A stretch of DNA of 64,000 nt from Gammaproteobacteria bacterium (lineage in GTDB: Bacteria > Pseudomonadota > Gammaproteobacteria > Poriferisulfidales > Poriferisulfidaceae). The stretch covers positions 55,670 to 119,669 of the forward strand of contig JAPONY010000059.1 of assembly GCA_026713705.1 (NCBI GenBank), written 5' to 3'. Positions 27,616 through 38,441 of this stretch are shown in pieces. Every line of letters begins with the position of its first letter. Within the stretch, counting starts at the first letter, position 1. A model generated the notes under the pieces. That model saw only the letters and a program-made list of their open reading frames with translations. It was not told where the DNA came from and did not search any database. The translations under genes and the position numbers were made by a program.

Positions 27616-29031
27616 TCAAGATGCCTCCCTCTGAGCAAACTGCGCGGGCAACTGCGCCGCCCAAGTCTCGATGCTGCCCGCCCCCATGGTCAGCAACAGG
27701 TCGCCGGGGGCCAGCAGGGCCAGCAACGCCGGGAACAGCTGTTCGCCCCCCGCGGCGCGCGCGGGGCGGGCGCCCTTCTGCTCCAGCTCCCGGGCCAGCG
27801 AATCACTGTCGGCGCCCGGGATCGGCGCTTCGCCCGCCGGATACACGTCCAGCAGGAGCAGCACGTCGGCCTGGGCCAGCGTGCGGACGAATTCCTCGAA
27901 CAGGTCCCGCGTGCGGGTGTAGCGATGCGGCTGGAACACCAGGACCCGCCGGCGCTCCGGATGGACCTCGTGCGCCGCGGCCAGGGTCGCCTCGATCTCG
28001 GTCGGGTGATGCCCGTAGTCGTCCACCCACAGGATGTCGTCGGCACCGGGCAAGGCGCCGTGCGCCTCGAAGCGCCGGGCGATGCCGCCGAAGCTTTCCA
28101 GCGCACGGGCGGCCGTCTGCAGCGGCACGCCCAGATCCCGCGCCACCGCCACCGCGGCCAGCGCATTCAAGACGTTGTGCGCGCCGGGCAGCGCGAGGCG
28201 GACCCGGATCTCCTCTCCCGAATCCGCGACGCGGAGGGTGAAGGAGCAGCCGGAGCCTTCCGGCGTAAGGTCGGTGGCCCGCAGATCCGCATCCGGGGCG
28301 TCGATGGCGTAGGTCACGGTCTGGCGGCCCAGATCCGGGCGCAGGGCGGCCAGGCGCGCATCATCCGCGCACAGCACCGCCAGCCCGTAGAACGGGAGGT
28401 TCTGCAGGAAACTGTGGTACGCCTCGGCCAGTTTCTCGATGTCGCCGCCGTAGTTGACCAGGTGATCGTTGTCGATGTTCGTCACCACCGCGACCAGCGG
28501 GCTGAGGTGCAGGAAGGAGGCGTCGCTCTCGTCCGCCTCGCAGACCAGGCAGTCGCCCTCGCCCAGCGTGGCGTGCGAGCCGCTGTGCCGGACCTGCCCG
28601 CCGATGACGGAACTGGGGCCGAGGCCGGCCTCGGCCAGCAGGTGGGCGATCAGGCTGGTGGTGGTGGTCTTGCCGTGCGTGCCGGCCACGGCCACCCCGT
28701 AGCTGAAGCGCATCAGTTCGCCCAGCATCGCCGCGCGCGGCACGACCGGGATATGCGCGGCCTGCGCGGCCTGCAATTCAGGATTGTCGGGCGGGACGGC
28801 GCTGGACACCACGGCCACGTCGGCCCCCGTCACCGCGTCGGCTTCATGGCCGATGCGGATCTCGGCGCCGAGTTCGCGCAGATGACGGGTTCGCGCATTC
28901 TCCTTGAGGTCGCTGCCGGACACGGCGTAGCCGAGCCCGCACAGGACTTCGGCGATGCCGCTCATGCCGGCCCCGCCGACGCCGATGAAGTGGACCTGGC
29001 GGATATGCCGCATCGGCATGCGTCGGCGCAT
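27616..29031 (-). CDS. murC: UDP-N-acetylmuramate--L-alanine ligase
   Basis: Start MRRRMPMRHIRQVHFIGVGGAGMSGIAEVL (the E. coli MurC N-terminal pattern). The track's 792-aa ORF is an artefactual upstream extension through murG. Confidence 0.9.
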   Translation of the reverse strand: MRRRMPMRHIRQVHFIGVGGAGMSGIAEVLCGLGYAVSGSDLKENARTRHLRELGAEIRIGHEADAVTGADVAVVSSAVPPDNPELQAAQAAHIPVVPRAAMLGELMRFSYGVAVAGTHGKTTTTSLIAHLLAEAGLGPSSVIGGQVRHSGSHATLGEGDCLVCEADESDASFLHLSPLVAVVTNIDNDHLVNYGGDIEKLAEAYHSFLQNLPFYGLAVLCADDARLAALRPDLGRQTVTYAIDAPDADLRATDLTPEGSGCSFTLRVADSGEEIRVRLALPGAHNVLNALAAVAVARDLGVPLQTAARALESFGGIARRFEAHGALPGADDILWVDDYGHHPTEIEATLAAAHEVHPERRRVLVFQPHRYTRTRDLFEEFVRTLAQADVLLLLDVYPAGEAPIPGADSDSLARELEQKGARPARAAGGEQLFPALLALLAPGDLLLTMGAGSIETWAAQLPAQFAQREAS

Positions 29032-29036
29032 CGCGT

Positions 29037-30098
29037 TCACGGGCAGAACTCCAGCAGGCAATCGGCGACGTCGCCGGCCGCATCCGGGCGGGCCTTGCGC
29101 AGCGCGGCCCGGCTCATCTCGACCAACCGCGGGCGGTCCTGCGCCAGCTCGGCGAGATGGGCGGCAAGCCGCTGCGGGGTGAATTCGTCCTGTTCCCAGA
29201 CCTCGGCCGCGCCGTCGTCGGCGTACTGCCGTGCGTTTTCGAACTGATGCCCGTCCGCGGCATGGGGGTACGGCACCAGCACCGCCCCGCGCGCGCTGGC
29301 CGCGAGTTCCGCCAGGGTCATCGCGCCCGCCCGAGCCAACACCAGGTCGGCCCACACGTACGCCTCGTCCATTTCCTCGATGAATGCATCGACCCGGGGC
29401 TGAGCCTCTGGGGGGTAGCGCCCGGCGACTTCGGCCGGATCGGAGCCGGTCTGGTGCCAAACCGAAGGCCGGCGCTCCTCCGGCATCGCGTTCAGGGCCT
29501 CCGGAACCACCAGGTTGAAGACCTCGGCGCCCTGGCTGCCGCCGACCACGAGCAGTCGCAGCGGCCGTGGCGGCGCGTCGGAAGGCAGCGGCTGCGCGCA
29601 CAGCGCGCCACGGACCGGGTTTCCAAGATGGACTCCGCCGCGGATGCCGCGGACGTCGGAGAAGCCGAGGAGCACCCGCGCCGCGAAACGGGCCAGCACC
29701 CGGTTGGTGAGGCCGGCCACCGCGTTTTGTTCGTGCACGATCAGGGGCACCCGGCACACCAGCGCCGCCAGCGCCACCGCGGACGACGCGTAGCCGCCCA
29801 TGCCGAGGACCACCGCCGGGCGGTGCTTCATCAACAGGCCAATGCCGAGGCAGACCGCCCACAGCACCCGCGGCGCCACGCCGATCAGGCCCCACAGGCC
29901 GCGTCGCCTCGGTGCGCGCAGCGGCATCCAGATCATCGGAAATCCCGCCTGGGGCACGAGCCGCGCCTCCAGTCCGGCCCGGGTGCCGACCCATCGCACC
30001 GGCACGCCGCGCTCGCGCAGGCGTTCCGCCACCGCCAGCGCCGGGAACACGTGGCCGCCGGTCCCGCCGGCCAGAATCATGACGGGTCTCGCGTTCAC
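29037..30098 (-). CDS. murG: UDP-N-acetylglucosamine--N-acetylmuramyl-(pentapeptide) pyrophosphoryl-undecaprenol GlcNAc transferase
   Basis: GTG start with a GGGAGGG SD and GTGA overlap with the ftsW stop. It contains VMILAGGTGGHVFPALAVAE. Confidence 0.9.
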   Translation of the reverse strand: MNARPVMILAGGTGGHVFPALAVAERLRERGVPVRWVGTRAGLEARLVPQAGFPMIWMPLRAPRRRGLWGLIGVAPRVLWAVCLGIGLLMKHRPAVVLGMGGYASSAVALAALVCRVPLIVHEQNAVAGLTNRVLARFAARVLLGFSDVRGIRGGVHLGNPVRGALCAQPLPSDAPPRPLRLLVVGGSQGAEVFNLVVPEALNAMPEERRPSVWHQTGSDPAEVAGRYPPEAQPRVDAFIEEMDEAYVWADLVLARAGAMTLAELAASARGAVLVPYPHAADGHQFENARQYADDGAAEVWEQDEFTPQRLAAHLAELAQDRPRLVEMSRAALRKARPDAAGDVADCLLEFCP

Positions 30099-31240
30099 GC
30101 AGCCCTCCCGCGCCGAGACCCGGCGCGTCCGGTCCCCGGCAGGGTTTCCGCCTCGTAGCGCGCGCGCCACAACAGGCCGAGGCCGGCGAGCGTCGCGAGC
30201 ATCGAGCTGCCGCCCGCGCTCATCAAAGGCAGGGTCAGCCCCTTGGTCGGCAGCGCGCCCATGTTCACCGCGATATTAACGAAGGCCTGCAGGCTGATCC
30301 ACAGCCCGACGCCGTAGGCAACCGCGGCGGCGAAATGCTGCTCCCGCGCCTGCGCCTGCCGGGCAATGCGGAAGGCGGCCGTCAGGAACATCGCGAACAG
30401 GAGGATAATCGCCACGGCCCCGATCAGGCCGAGCTCCTCGGCCGCCACCGCGAAAACGAAATCGGTGTGCATCTCCGGCAGGTAGAAATGCTTCTGCCCC
30501 CCGTCGCCGAGGCCGCGCCCCCACATCCCGCCACTGCCGATCGCGATCAGCGACTGGGTCAACTGGTAGCCGCTGTTGAACGGGTCCGCCCAGGGGTCGA
30601 GAAAGGTCTGGATGCGCATCAGCCGGTACGGTGCGGCGACGGCCAGCCCGCCCATCGCGACCGTGGCGCACAGCGCGCAACCGAGCAACGCGCGCAGGTA
30701 GCCCCCGCACAGGAACAGCATGCACAGCGCGGTGGCCGCGATCACGCACGCGGTGCCGAAGTCCGGCTGCAGCAGCAACAGCGACACGGTCATGGCCACG
30801 ATGCCGAGCGGCAGCAGGACGCCGCGCAAGCGAGTCTCCAGGAGCGTCCCGTGCTGCGCCACGTACGCCGCCATCCACAGCACCAGGACCGGCTTGATCA
30901 GCTCCGAAGGCTGGAAGCGGAACGGGCCCAGGTCCAGCCAGCGCGTACTGTTGTTGACCGTGTGCCCCAGCCCCGGGATCAGCGTCAGGGTCAGCAGCGC
31001 CAGGGAGATCACCCCGTACCAGGGCGCCAGCTTGCGGTGCACCTCCAGCGGGATCCGCGCGAGGACCAGCGCCAGCAGGACACCGACCGCCATGAACAGG
31101 GACTGATTCTTGAAGTAGTACAGCGCGTCGCCGTGCATGTTCATGGACACCTCCACCGAAGCGGAAGTCATGGCCACCAGCCCGATCGCCAGCAGCATGG
31201 CGGCGATGCGCAGGTCGGGTGAAGTCGACTGCCCGTTCAT
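30095..31240 (-). CDS. ftsW: Peptidoglycan glycosyltransferase FtsW (SEDS family)
   Basis: 381 aa and polytopic. Its position and SEDS-like sequence identify it. Confidence 0.9.
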   Translation of the reverse strand: MNGQSTSPDLRIAAMLLAIGLVAMTSASVEVSMNMHGDALYYFKNQSLFMAVGVLLALVLARIPLEVHRKLAPWYGVISLALLTLTLIPGLGHTVNNSTRWLDLGPFRFQPSELIKPVLVLWMAAYVAQHGTLLETRLRGVLLPLGIVAMTVSLLLLQPDFGTACVIAATALCMLFLCGGYLRALLGCALCATVAMGGLAVAAPYRLMRIQTFLDPWADPFNSGYQLTQSLIAIGSGGMWGRGLGDGGQKHFYLPEMHTDFVFAVAAEELGLIGAVAIILLFAMFLTAAFRIARQAQAREQHFAAAVAYGVGLWISLQAFVNIAVNMGALPTKGLTLPLMSAGGSSMLATLAGLGLLWRARYEAETLPGTGRAGSRRGRAA

Positions 31241-32592
31241 GCGACGGACTCCTCAAGAGCATGCACTCGTTCGGCGAAATCCTCGCCGCGCTCTTCGAAG
31301 TCGGAATACTGGTCGTAGCTCGCGCAGCCGGGGGACAGCAACACGCAGTCGCCGGCTTCGGCCAGCTCCGCGGCCTGCTCCACCGCTTGGGCGAGATCCG
31401 GCACCTGGACCACCGGCGCGCAGCCGGCCCAGGCCTGTGCCATGGCCTGGGCCGATTCCCCGAACAGCACCAATGTTCGCGCGTGTCGAGACAGGGCGAG
31501 GTTCGCCCGCCTGAGATCTTCCTGCTTGGCCCGCCCGCCGGCGATCAGCACGCAGGGCCTTTCGAAGGCGGTCAACGCCGCCTGCATGGCGCTCAGGTTC
31601 GTGGACTTGGAGTCGTTGACCCATGCGACGCCGCCGAATTCCGCGATCTTCTGCAGCCGGTGCGGCAACCCTTCGAACGAGCGCAGGATCGGCGCCGCCT
31701 GCTCCGGCGCCACTCCGAATGCCTCGGCCAGAGCCAGTGCAGCCAATGCATTGCCCCAGTTGTGCCGTCCCGCGAGCGGCAGCTCCGCGCACGGCAGCAG
31801 ACGCTGCCGACCCTGGCACAGCCAGGGCTGCCCGTCGTGCTCGCGCAGGCCGAAGTCGTCGTCGTGCAGCGGGGCGTCGAGCCCGAAGCTGATCGCCCGG
31901 CCCGCGGTGATGCCGGGGCGGGTGTTGGAATCGTCGCGGTTGAATACCGCCACCTCGGCGTGCCGGTAGAGGCGGTGCTTGATCTCGCGATAGGCTTCGA
32001 AACTGCCGTGACGGTCGATGTGGTCCGGGCTGAGATTGAGCAGGCTCGCGGCCCGGCAATGCAGGGTCTCGGTCGCTTCGAGCTGGAAGCTTGACAGCTC
32101 CAGCACGTAGGCATCCGGCGCCGGATCGCGCAGCAGCGACAGGGCCGGCGTGCCAAGGTTGCCGCCGGACGCGGCTTTGAGGCCGACCCCCTCGAGCAGG
32201 TGCGCCGCCATCAGCGTGGTGGTGCTCTTGCCGTTGCTGCCGGTGATGCCGAGCACCGGCGCGTTCACTTCGTGGGCGAACAACTCGATGTCCCCGTACA
32301 CCTGGGCGCCGCCTGCCCGCGCGGCGCGCAGCGCCGGGTGGTCGAGCGAGACGCCCGGACTGACGATCACGGTGTCCGCGGTCTCGAATTCCCGGAGATC
32401 CGGGTCGCCGCTGACCACCGCCGCCTCCGGGCAGTCCTCGCGCAACTTGGCCAGGGCCTGCTCCTTCGGCGCGGCGTCCCACACCGTGAATGGTTCGTTG
32501 CGCCGGCGCAGGTAGTGCGCCACCGACAGGCCGGTGACGCCCAAGCCGACGACCAGGGTTCTCATCGTCACAGGTGCAATAGTCGAATCCAT
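31237..32592 (-). CDS. murD: UDP-N-acetylmuramoylalanine--D-glutamate ligase
   Basis: MDSTIAPVTMRTLVVGLGVTG...[19 protein letters not shown]. Confidence 0.9.
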   Translation of the reverse strand: MDSTIAPVTMRTLVVGLGVTGLSVAHYLRRRNEPFTVWDAAPKEQALAKLREDCPEAAVVSGDPDLREFETADTVIVSPGVSLDHPALRAARAGGAQVYGDIELFAHEVNAPVLGITGSNGKSTTTLMAAHLLEGVGLKAASGGNLGTPALSLLRDPAPDAYVLELSSFQLEATETLHCRAASLLNLSPDHIDRHGSFEAYREIKHRLYRHAEVAVFNRDDSNTRPGITAGRAISFGLDAPLHDDDFGLREHDGQPWLCQGRQRLLPCAELPLAGRHNWGNALAALALAEAFGVAPEQAAPILRSFEGLPHRLQKIAEFGGVAWVNDSKSTNLSAMQAALTAFERPCVLIAGGRAKQEDLRRANLALSRHARTLVLFGESAQAMAQAWAGCAPVVQVPDLAQAVEQAAELAEAGDCVLLSPGCASYDQYSDFEERGEDFAERVHALEESVA

Positions 32593-32605
32593 GATGCCCT
32601 CCGGG

Positions 32606-33682
32606 TTACCGAACTTTCAGGGTGGCCAGCCCCAACATCACCAGAACCACCGTAATGATCCAGAAACGGACCGCGATCCGGGGTTCCGGCCAGCCGCGTA
32701 ATTCGAAGTGGTGGTGCAACGGCGCCATGGCGAAGATGCGCCGCCCGGTCAGGCGGAACGAGACCACCTGCAGCACCACCGACAGGGTCTCCACCATCAT
32801 CACGCCGGCCATCAGGATCAGTACGATCTCCTGGCGCAGCATCACTGCCACCGCGCCGAGCGCCGCGCCGATCGCCAGGGCGCCGACGTCGCCCATGAAG
32901 ACCTGCGCCGGGTAGGTGTTGAACCACAAAAATCCAAGCCCCGCCCCCACCAGCGCGGCGCAGTACACGATCATCTCGCCGGCCAGCGGGACATGCGCGA
33001 TGCCGAGGTATTCGGCGAACTCCATGTGGCCGGTGGCGTACGCGCACACGCCGAGCCCGCCCGCGATCAGCACCGACGGCATGATGGCGAGCCCGTCGAG
33101 GCCGTCGGTCAGGTTGACCGCGTTGCTCATCAGCACCAGCATGAACGCGGCCAGCGGCACGAACATCCAGCCGAGATCGAACTGCCATTCCTTGATGACC
33201 GGGAACACCATGCGGGTTTCCACCGGGTCGGTCGCGCTGGCGTACAGCGCGAGGGCGACGGCCACGCCGGCCAGCACCTGCAGCGAGAACTTGAGACGCG
33301 CGGTGATGCCGCGGCCGCGGCGGAACTTGTAGAAGTCGTCGAGGATACCGATCAGCGCGTACAGCACGGTCACCGCCAGCAGCACCCACAGGTAGCGGTT
33401 GTCCCAGGCGCCCCACAACAGCACCGAACCGAGCAGCGCCAGGATGATCAGCACGCCGCCCATGGTCGGCGTGCCGCCCTTGGACTGGTGCGAGGCCGGG
33501 CCGTCGTCGCGTACCGTCTCTCCGATATCCCGCGCCTGCAGCCAGCGGATGACCACCGGGCCGATCAGCAGCGCGATGCCGAGTGCCGTCAGCAGCGCCA
33601 GGATGCCGCGAACCGTCAGGTACTGGAACAGCGAGAATCCCGGGTCGAACTGCTCGAGCCAGGTGAAGAATTCAAGCAGCAT
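32606..33682 (-). CDS. mraY: Phospho-N-acetylmuramoyl-pentapeptide transferase
   Basis: 358 aa. [34 protein letters not shown] is the canonical MraY N-terminus. Confidence 0.95.
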   Translation of the reverse strand: MLLEFFTWLEQFDPGFSLFQYLTVRGILALLTALGIALLIGPVVIRWLQARDIGETVRDDGPASHQSKGGTPTMGGVLIILALLGSVLLWGAWDNRYLWVLLAVTVLYALIGILDDFYKFRRGRGITARLKFSLQVLAGVAVALALYASATDPVETRMVFPVIKEWQFDLGWMFVPLAAFMLVLMSNAVNLTDGLDGLAIMPSVLIAGGLGVCAYATGHMEFAEYLGIAHVPLAGEMIVYCAALVGAGLGFLWFNTYPAQVFMGDVGALAIGAALGAVAVMLRQEIVLILMAGVMMVETLSVVLQVVSFRLTGRRIFAMAPLHHHFELRGWPEPRIAVRFWIITVVLVMLGLATLKVR

Positions 33683-35027
33683 GCGCCTCCCCTCCCGGCA
33701 TCAGCCGTTCCACCAGATCTTCCAGACGCGCGGCGCGGGAGCCCTTGACCAGCACCGCGCACTGCGATCCGATCTGCGCGCGCAATTCGCTCGCCACCGC
33801 CTCCAGGTCGGGGCAGGCCCGCCCGCCCGGCCCGAACGCGCGTGCGGCACGATCCGCATGCGGGCCCAGCGCGTACAGCCGGCTCACGCCGGCCTTGCGC
33901 GCGTAATCGGCCACTTCCTCGTGGCACTCCGCGCTGTACAGGCCGAGTTCCTTCATTTCTCCCATGACCATCCAGGATTCCCTGCCCTGCGCCACCAGCA
34001 CGTCGATGGCCGCATGGAAGGAACCGGGGTTGGCGTTGTAGCTGTCGTCGATCAGTTGCGCGCCGCCGAGGCCCTCGACCAGGCGCAACCGGCCACCCAC
34101 GGCAAGCTGGAAGCCTGACAACGCCTGCGCCGCCCGCCCGAATGGCATGCCGAGCGCCACCGCCAGCGTCACCGCGCAGGCGGCATTGCGTGCGTTGTGC
34201 GTGCCCTCAAGCGCCCAGTCGATCTCGACGCTCTCGCTGCCATAGCGCAGTTCGAGCCGAGACGGGGCGGCGAGTCGGGCATAGATGTCCGCCACTCCCT
34301 GCGGGTCGGCGGAGAAGGTCATCACCTCGTGCGGGGCGGCGGCGGTGCGCCACTGGAAGGCGAACGCGTCCTCGGCGTTGACGACCGCGACACCGTCCGG
34401 CCCGAGGCCCTCGAAGATCTCGGCCTTCGCGCGGGCCACGCCCTGCAGGCTGCCGAAGCCTTCCAGGTGCGCCTGCGCCGCACAGGTGACCGTGGCCGCC
34501 TGCGGTCGCGCCAGGGCCGTCAGCCGGCGAATTTCGCCGGGGTGATTGGCGCCCATCTCGATCACCGCGTACCGATGCTCGCCGTCGAGGCCGAGCAGCG
34601 TCAGCGGCACGCCGATGTGGTTGTTCAGGTTGCCCTGCGACGCGAGGGTCTGCCCTTCGGCTCCGAGGACGGCGGCCGTCATCTCCTTGGTGGTGGTCTT
34701 GCCGTTGCTGCCGGTGATGCCCGCCACCACGACGTCGTGCTCCGCCCGCCAGGCCGCGGCGATGCGCTGCAAGGCCGTGAGCGGGTCCGGGACCACGATC
34801 TGCGGGCAGTTCACGGCGAGTTCGCGCGCCACCATCACCCCGGCCGCGCGCCCTTCGCACTGCGCGGCAAAATCGTGCCCGTCGAAGTTCTCGCCCTTCA
34901 GGGCCACGAACAGTTCGCCGTCGCGCAGGGCCCGGGTGTCCGTGCCGACCCCAGCGACCGGCGCATCCGCGCCCTTGAGTTCGCCGTCGGCCCAGGCCGC
35001 CAACTGCGCCAGCTGCATCATCCTCAT
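33672..35027 (-). CDS. murF: UDP-N-acetylmuramoyl-tripeptide--D-alanyl-D-alanine ligase
   Basis: Start [15 protein letters not shown] with ATGA overlap with the murE stop. The Mur ligase P-loop is [11 protein letters not shown]. Confidence 0.9.
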   Translation of the reverse strand: MRMMQLAQLAAWADGELKGADAPVAGVGTDTRALRDGELFVALKGENFDGHDFAAQCEGRAAGVMVARELAVNCPQIVVPDPLTALQRIAAAWRAEHDVVVAGITGSNGKTTTKEMTAAVLGAEGQTLASQGNLNNHIGVPLTLLGLDGEHRYAVIEMGANHPGEIRRLTALARPQAATVTCAAQAHLEGFGSLQGVARAKAEIFEGLGPDGVAVVNAEDAFAFQWRTAAAPHEVMTFSADPQGVADIYARLAAPSRLELRYGSESVEIDWALEGTHNARNAACAVTLAVALGMPFGRAAQALSGFQLAVGGRLRLVEGLGGAQLIDDSYNANPGSFHAAIDVLVAQGRESWMVMGEMKELGLYSAECHEEVADYARKAGVSRLYALGPHADRAARAFGPGGRACPDLEAVASELRAQIGSQCAVLVKGSRAARLEDLVERLMPGGEAHAA

Positions 35028-36490
35028 GCGTTCGCCTCCAGCGTCGCGCGAACGGCTTCGTGATCGGAGAACTCCCGCACTCCGTCGGCGGTGAACTGCT
35101 GGGACTCGTGGCCCTTGCCCGCGATCAGTACCACCTCGCCGGGGACCGCCTCCCGGACCGCCTGGCGGATCGCGTCCGCGCGGTCGTGTCGGATGGCGAC
35201 CCGTGCGGGGTCGGGGATGCCTTCGAGAATATCCTGGACGATCTGCCCGGGCGCCTCGCTGCGCGGGTTGTCGTCGGTCAGGGTCACCCGGGACGCCCCC
35301 CGCTGTGCGATCTCGCCCATCTGCGGGCGCTTGCCGCGGTCGCGGTCGCCGCCGCAACCGAACACGCAGTGGATCTCCGTCCCGAAATGTTCGCGCAGCG
35401 CGCCGAGCGCCGCCTCGAGCGCATCCGGGGTGTGCGCGTAGTCGATGAATACCGGGCCCGCCGCGTCGGCCACGCGCTCCAGGCGGCCCGGCACCGGCGA
35501 CAGGTCCCCCATCGCCGCCGCCACCTTCGCCATCGGGGTCCCGCGTGCCTGCACGGCCGTCGCCGACAGCAACAGGTTAATCACGTTAAAGCGGCCGTAC
35601 AGGCCCGGTGCCCGCACGGCGTGGGTCTCGCCGGCGACGGTCCACTCGAAGGCCAGGCCCTGAGGCGTCATGCCGGTGACGCGTGCGGTCGACCCGGCCG
35701 GGGCGTCGATCGCACAGGTGTGGACCTGCGCCTGCGACTCCATTCGTTCGGCCAGTTCGCGCCCGAACGGATCGTCCACGTTGAGGACCGCGCGTTCGGG
35801 GTTCAGTTCCGTGAACAGGCGGCGCTTGGCCGCGGCGTAGCGTTCCGGGGTCTGGTGGTAGTCGAGGTGGTCGCGTCCCAGCGTGGTGAAGACCGCCGTG
35901 TCGAACCGCACCCCGTCGCAGCGATACTGGTCGAGGGCGTGCGAGGAGACTTCCAGCACGGCCACCGTCTCGCCGCGCTGCACCATGTCGAAGAGTTCCG
36001 CCTGCAGCCGTACGGCATCGGGCGTGGTGAGGCCGGTCGTATGCAGGGCACGGAGCCCCCCCGCGCCCAAGGTCCCGATCATGCCGCAGGATTGCTCCAG
36101 CGCGTCCAGGATCTGCGCGATGAGGTGGCTGGTGGAGGTCTTGCCGTCGGTGCCGGTAATGCCGATGACCGGCAGCCGGGCCGAGGGCTCGCGGTAGAAG
36201 CGCCCGGCGATCGTGCCGAGCGCGCGCGACAGCTCCGGCACCGCCACACACGGCACGTCCGCGCGCGGGGACGTCTGTTCGGGCGCCGGCTCGTAGATCA
36301 CCGCCGCCGCGCCCTGTTCGAGCGCTTCGGGCAGCCCCTCGAGGCCGTGGCGCCGGGTTCCCCGGCAGGCCGCGAAAAGATCCCCGGGACGGACCGCCGC
36401 GCTACGGCACTGAATGCCGGCGATTGCACAGTCCCGGGGAACGGGGGCAAACCCTTCGAGTAGATCCGACAGCGATGCCTGGAGCGTCAT
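35024..36490 (-). CDS. murE: UDP-N-acetylmuramoyl-L-alanyl-D-glutamate--2,6-diaminopimelate ligase
   Basis: Start MTLQASLSDLLEG with ATGA overlap with the ftsI stop. GITGTDGKTST. The C-terminus is ...VRATLEANA. Confidence 0.9.
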   Translation of the reverse strand: MTLQASLSDLLEGFAPVPRDCAIAGIQCRSAAVRPGDLFAACRGTRRHGLEGLPEALEQGAAAVIYEPAPEQTSPRADVPCVAVPELSRALGTIAGRFYREPSARLPVIGITGTDGKTSTSHLIAQILDALEQSCGMIGTLGAGGLRALHTTGLTTPDAVRLQAELFDMVQRGETVAVLEVSSHALDQYRCDGVRFDTAVFTTLGRDHLDYHQTPERYAAAKRRLFTELNPERAVLNVDDPFGRELAERMESQAQVHTCAIDAPAGSTARVTGMTPQGLAFEWTVAGETHAVRAPGLYGRFNVINLLLSATAVQARGTPMAKVAAAMGDLSPVPGRLERVADAAGPVFIDYAHTPDALEAALGALREHFGTEIHCVFGCGGDRDRGKRPQMGEIAQRGASRVTLTDDNPRSEAPGQIVQDILEGIPDPARVAIRHDRADAIRQAVREAVPGEVVLIAGKGHESQQFTADGVREFSDHEAVRATLEANA

Positions 36491-38187
36491 CCGGCACCTC
36501 CGCTGGAAGCCCGGCTCATCCATTCCCGGTCGTCGGGCGACACGTTCAACAGGCGCAGCGCCTCGCGCGCCACCTCGCGGAATATCGGGGCGGCCACCTG
36601 CCCGCCGTAGTACTGTCCGGCGCTCGGGCTGTCGATCAGCACCATGATCGCCAGGCGGGGGTGGCGGGCCGGCACCACGCCGGCGGTCAGCGCGACATGG
36701 TGCCGCTTGGAGTAGGCGCCGTCGATGAGTTTCTGCACCGTGCCGGTCTTGGCCGCCACGGTATAACCCGGAATCCGGGCGCGCCAGGCGGTGCCGCCGG
36801 GCTGCGTGATCTTTCCCATGATGCGAAGTACCGCATCGCAGTGCTCGCGCGGCAGCACGCGCTCCCCGTCGGGCCGGGGGTGGGCGAGGAAGCTGATCGG
36901 CTGGCGCACGCCACGGTTGCCGAGCACCATGTAGGCCTGCGCGATGTGCAGGGGCGTGGCGGACAGGCCGTAGCCGTAGCCGAGGGCGGCCTGGTCGACG
37001 GGCACCCAGTGCTGCGGCTCGCGCAGCACGCCGACGGTCTCGCCCGGGTAGCTGATCTGCAGCGGCTGCCCGAAACCGACCCGGTCCAGGGTCCCCCACA
37101 GGGCTTCGCCGGGCAGGTCCAGCGCGATGCGCGCCGATGCCACGTTGCTGGACTTGATCAGCACGCCGCCCAGGTCGAGCTCGCCGAAATCCTTGATGTC
37201 CTGGATGAAGCGCCCGGCGATCCTCCATCGACCCCGGTTCGTGTCGAAGCGGCTGTTCTCGTCGTAGATGCCGGTCATCAGCGCGGTCAGGATGGTGAAC
37301 GGCTTCATCACCGAACCCGGTTCGTACGGGTCGGTGACGGCCCGGTTGCGGCGCCGGTCGGGCGGCGCGGCGCGGCTCCCGTTGGGGTTGAACGACGGCG
37401 CCTGGGCCATCGCCAGCACTTCGCCGGTGATGACGTCCAGCACGATCACGGTGCCGCTTTGCGCACGGTGCTCGATCACGGCGGCCTGCAGTTCCTGGTA
37501 GGCCCGGTATTGCAGCCACAGGTCGATACCGAGGCGGAGGTTCTCTCCGTGTTTCGGCGGGCGCACCTGGGCCAGATCGTCGATGACCCGCCCGTAACGG
37601 TCCTGGCGCACCCGGCGCGCACCCGGCTGCGCACGTAGCCGGGCGTCGAAGGCGAGTTCGAGCCCCTCCTGTCCGCTGTCGTCGATGTCGGTGCCGCCGA
37701 TCAGCTGCGCGGCGACCGCGCCGGCCGGGTAGTAGCGGCGGTATTCCGTGACCAGGCCGACCCCCGGGACCTGCAGCGCCGTGATCTTGGCGGCCAGGTC
37801 CGGCGTGACCTGCCGGCGCAGGTAGACGAACTTGCGGTCCTGGCGGTCGAGCACCAGCCGCTTCAACTTCAGCCGCGACAGGCCCAGCTCCCGGGCCAGT
37901 TCGAGCCAGCGGTCCTGCGATTCGATCAGTTGCGTCGGCTCGGCCCACACCGACTGCACCGGGGTGCTGATCGCGAGCGGCTCGCCGTGGCGGTCTAGTA
38001 GCATCCCGCGCGAAGCCGGGATCGGCACGGTGCGCAGCTGGCGGCTCTCGCCCTGCGCGGTCAGGAATTCCTGCTCGGCGTACTGCAACTGGATGGCGCG
38101 CCCGGCCAAGCCAATCCCGATCAGCAGGAACAGGCCAAGCACCAGGCGGCGGCGCCAGTTGTAGGAGACGCGGCGGGCAATCTTCAC
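36487..38187 (-). CDS. ftsI: Peptidoglycan D,D-transpeptidase FtsI (PBP3)
   Basis: GTG start at 38187 overlapping the ftsL stop (GTGA). VKIARRVSYNWRRRLVLGLFLL then the transpeptidase domain. The track's start at 38433 would swallow ftsL. Confidence 0.85.
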   Translation of the reverse strand: MKIARRVSYNWRRRLVLGLFLLIGIGLAGRAIQLQYAEQEFLTAQGESRQLRTVPIPASRGMLLDRHGEPLAISTPVQSVWAEPTQLIESQDRWLELARELGLSRLKLKRLVLDRQDRKFVYLRRQVTPDLAAKITALQVPGVGLVTEYRRYYPAGAVAAQLIGGTDIDDSGQEGLELAFDARLRAQPGARRVRQDRYGRVIDDLAQVRPPKHGENLRLGIDLWLQYRAYQELQAAVIEHRAQSGTVIVLDVITGEVLAMAQAPSFNPNGSRAAPPDRRRNRAVTDPYEPGSVMKPFTILTALMTGIYDENSRFDTNRGRWRIAGRFIQDIKDFGELDLGGVLIKSSNVASARIALDLPGEALWGTLDRVGFGQPLQISYPGETVGVLREPQHWVPVDQAALGYGYGLSATPLHIAQAYMVLGNRGVRQPISFLAHPRPDGERVLPREHCDAVLRIMGKITQPGGTAWRARIPGYTVAAKTGTVQKLIDGAYSKRHHVALTAGVVPARHPRLAIMVLIDSPSAGQYYGGQVAAPIFREVAREALRLLNVSPDDREWMSRASSGGAG

Positions 38188-38441
38188 GGACTCAGCAGGT
38201 TCACTTTGGACGGGTCGGGCCGATGCATGCGCAGGCGCCGCACCGCTTCCTGCTCCACGCGCACGTAGGCGGCCAGGGTGCCCTGCTCCAGCAGCAGCCG
38301 CCCCCAGTCCGTCTGCAGGTGGTGGTACGTCTGGCGCTGTTCCTGGATCTGCTTGAACATCATCTGGTGGGAGTGCTTGACGTAGACCACGCTGATCGCC
38401 ACCACCAGGTTGGCGAGCAGCAGCAGGCTCCACAGGGTCAT
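38184..38441 (-). CDS. ftsL: Cell division protein FtsL
   Basis: 85 aa from MTLWSLLLLANLVVAISVVYV. ATGA overlap with the rsmH stop. Confidence 0.8.
   Translation of the reverse strand: MTLWSLLLLANLVVAISVVYVKHSHQMMFKQIQEQRQTYHHLQTDWGRLLLEQGTLAAYVRVEQEAVRRLRMHRPDPSKVNLLSP

Noticed and set aside
27616-29994. 792-aa minus-strand ORF
   Set aside because: It is murC (real start 29031) with a spurious Arg/Gly/Pro-rich upstream extension running across murG.
22562-37638. Dozens of 60–500-aa overlapping ORFs on both strands across the dcw cluster (for example 22562..23275, 23872..25080, 26062..26808, 31253..32482, 35060..36463, 36424..37638)
   Set aside because: These are alternative-frame or antisense artefacts expected at 65–70% GC. 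Each overlaps a canonical, motif-verified housekeeping gene.
36487-38433. 648-aa ftsI ORF start at 38433
   Set aside because: It would completely overlap ftsL. A GTG at 38187 with GTGA coupling gives a conventional 566-aa PBP3.
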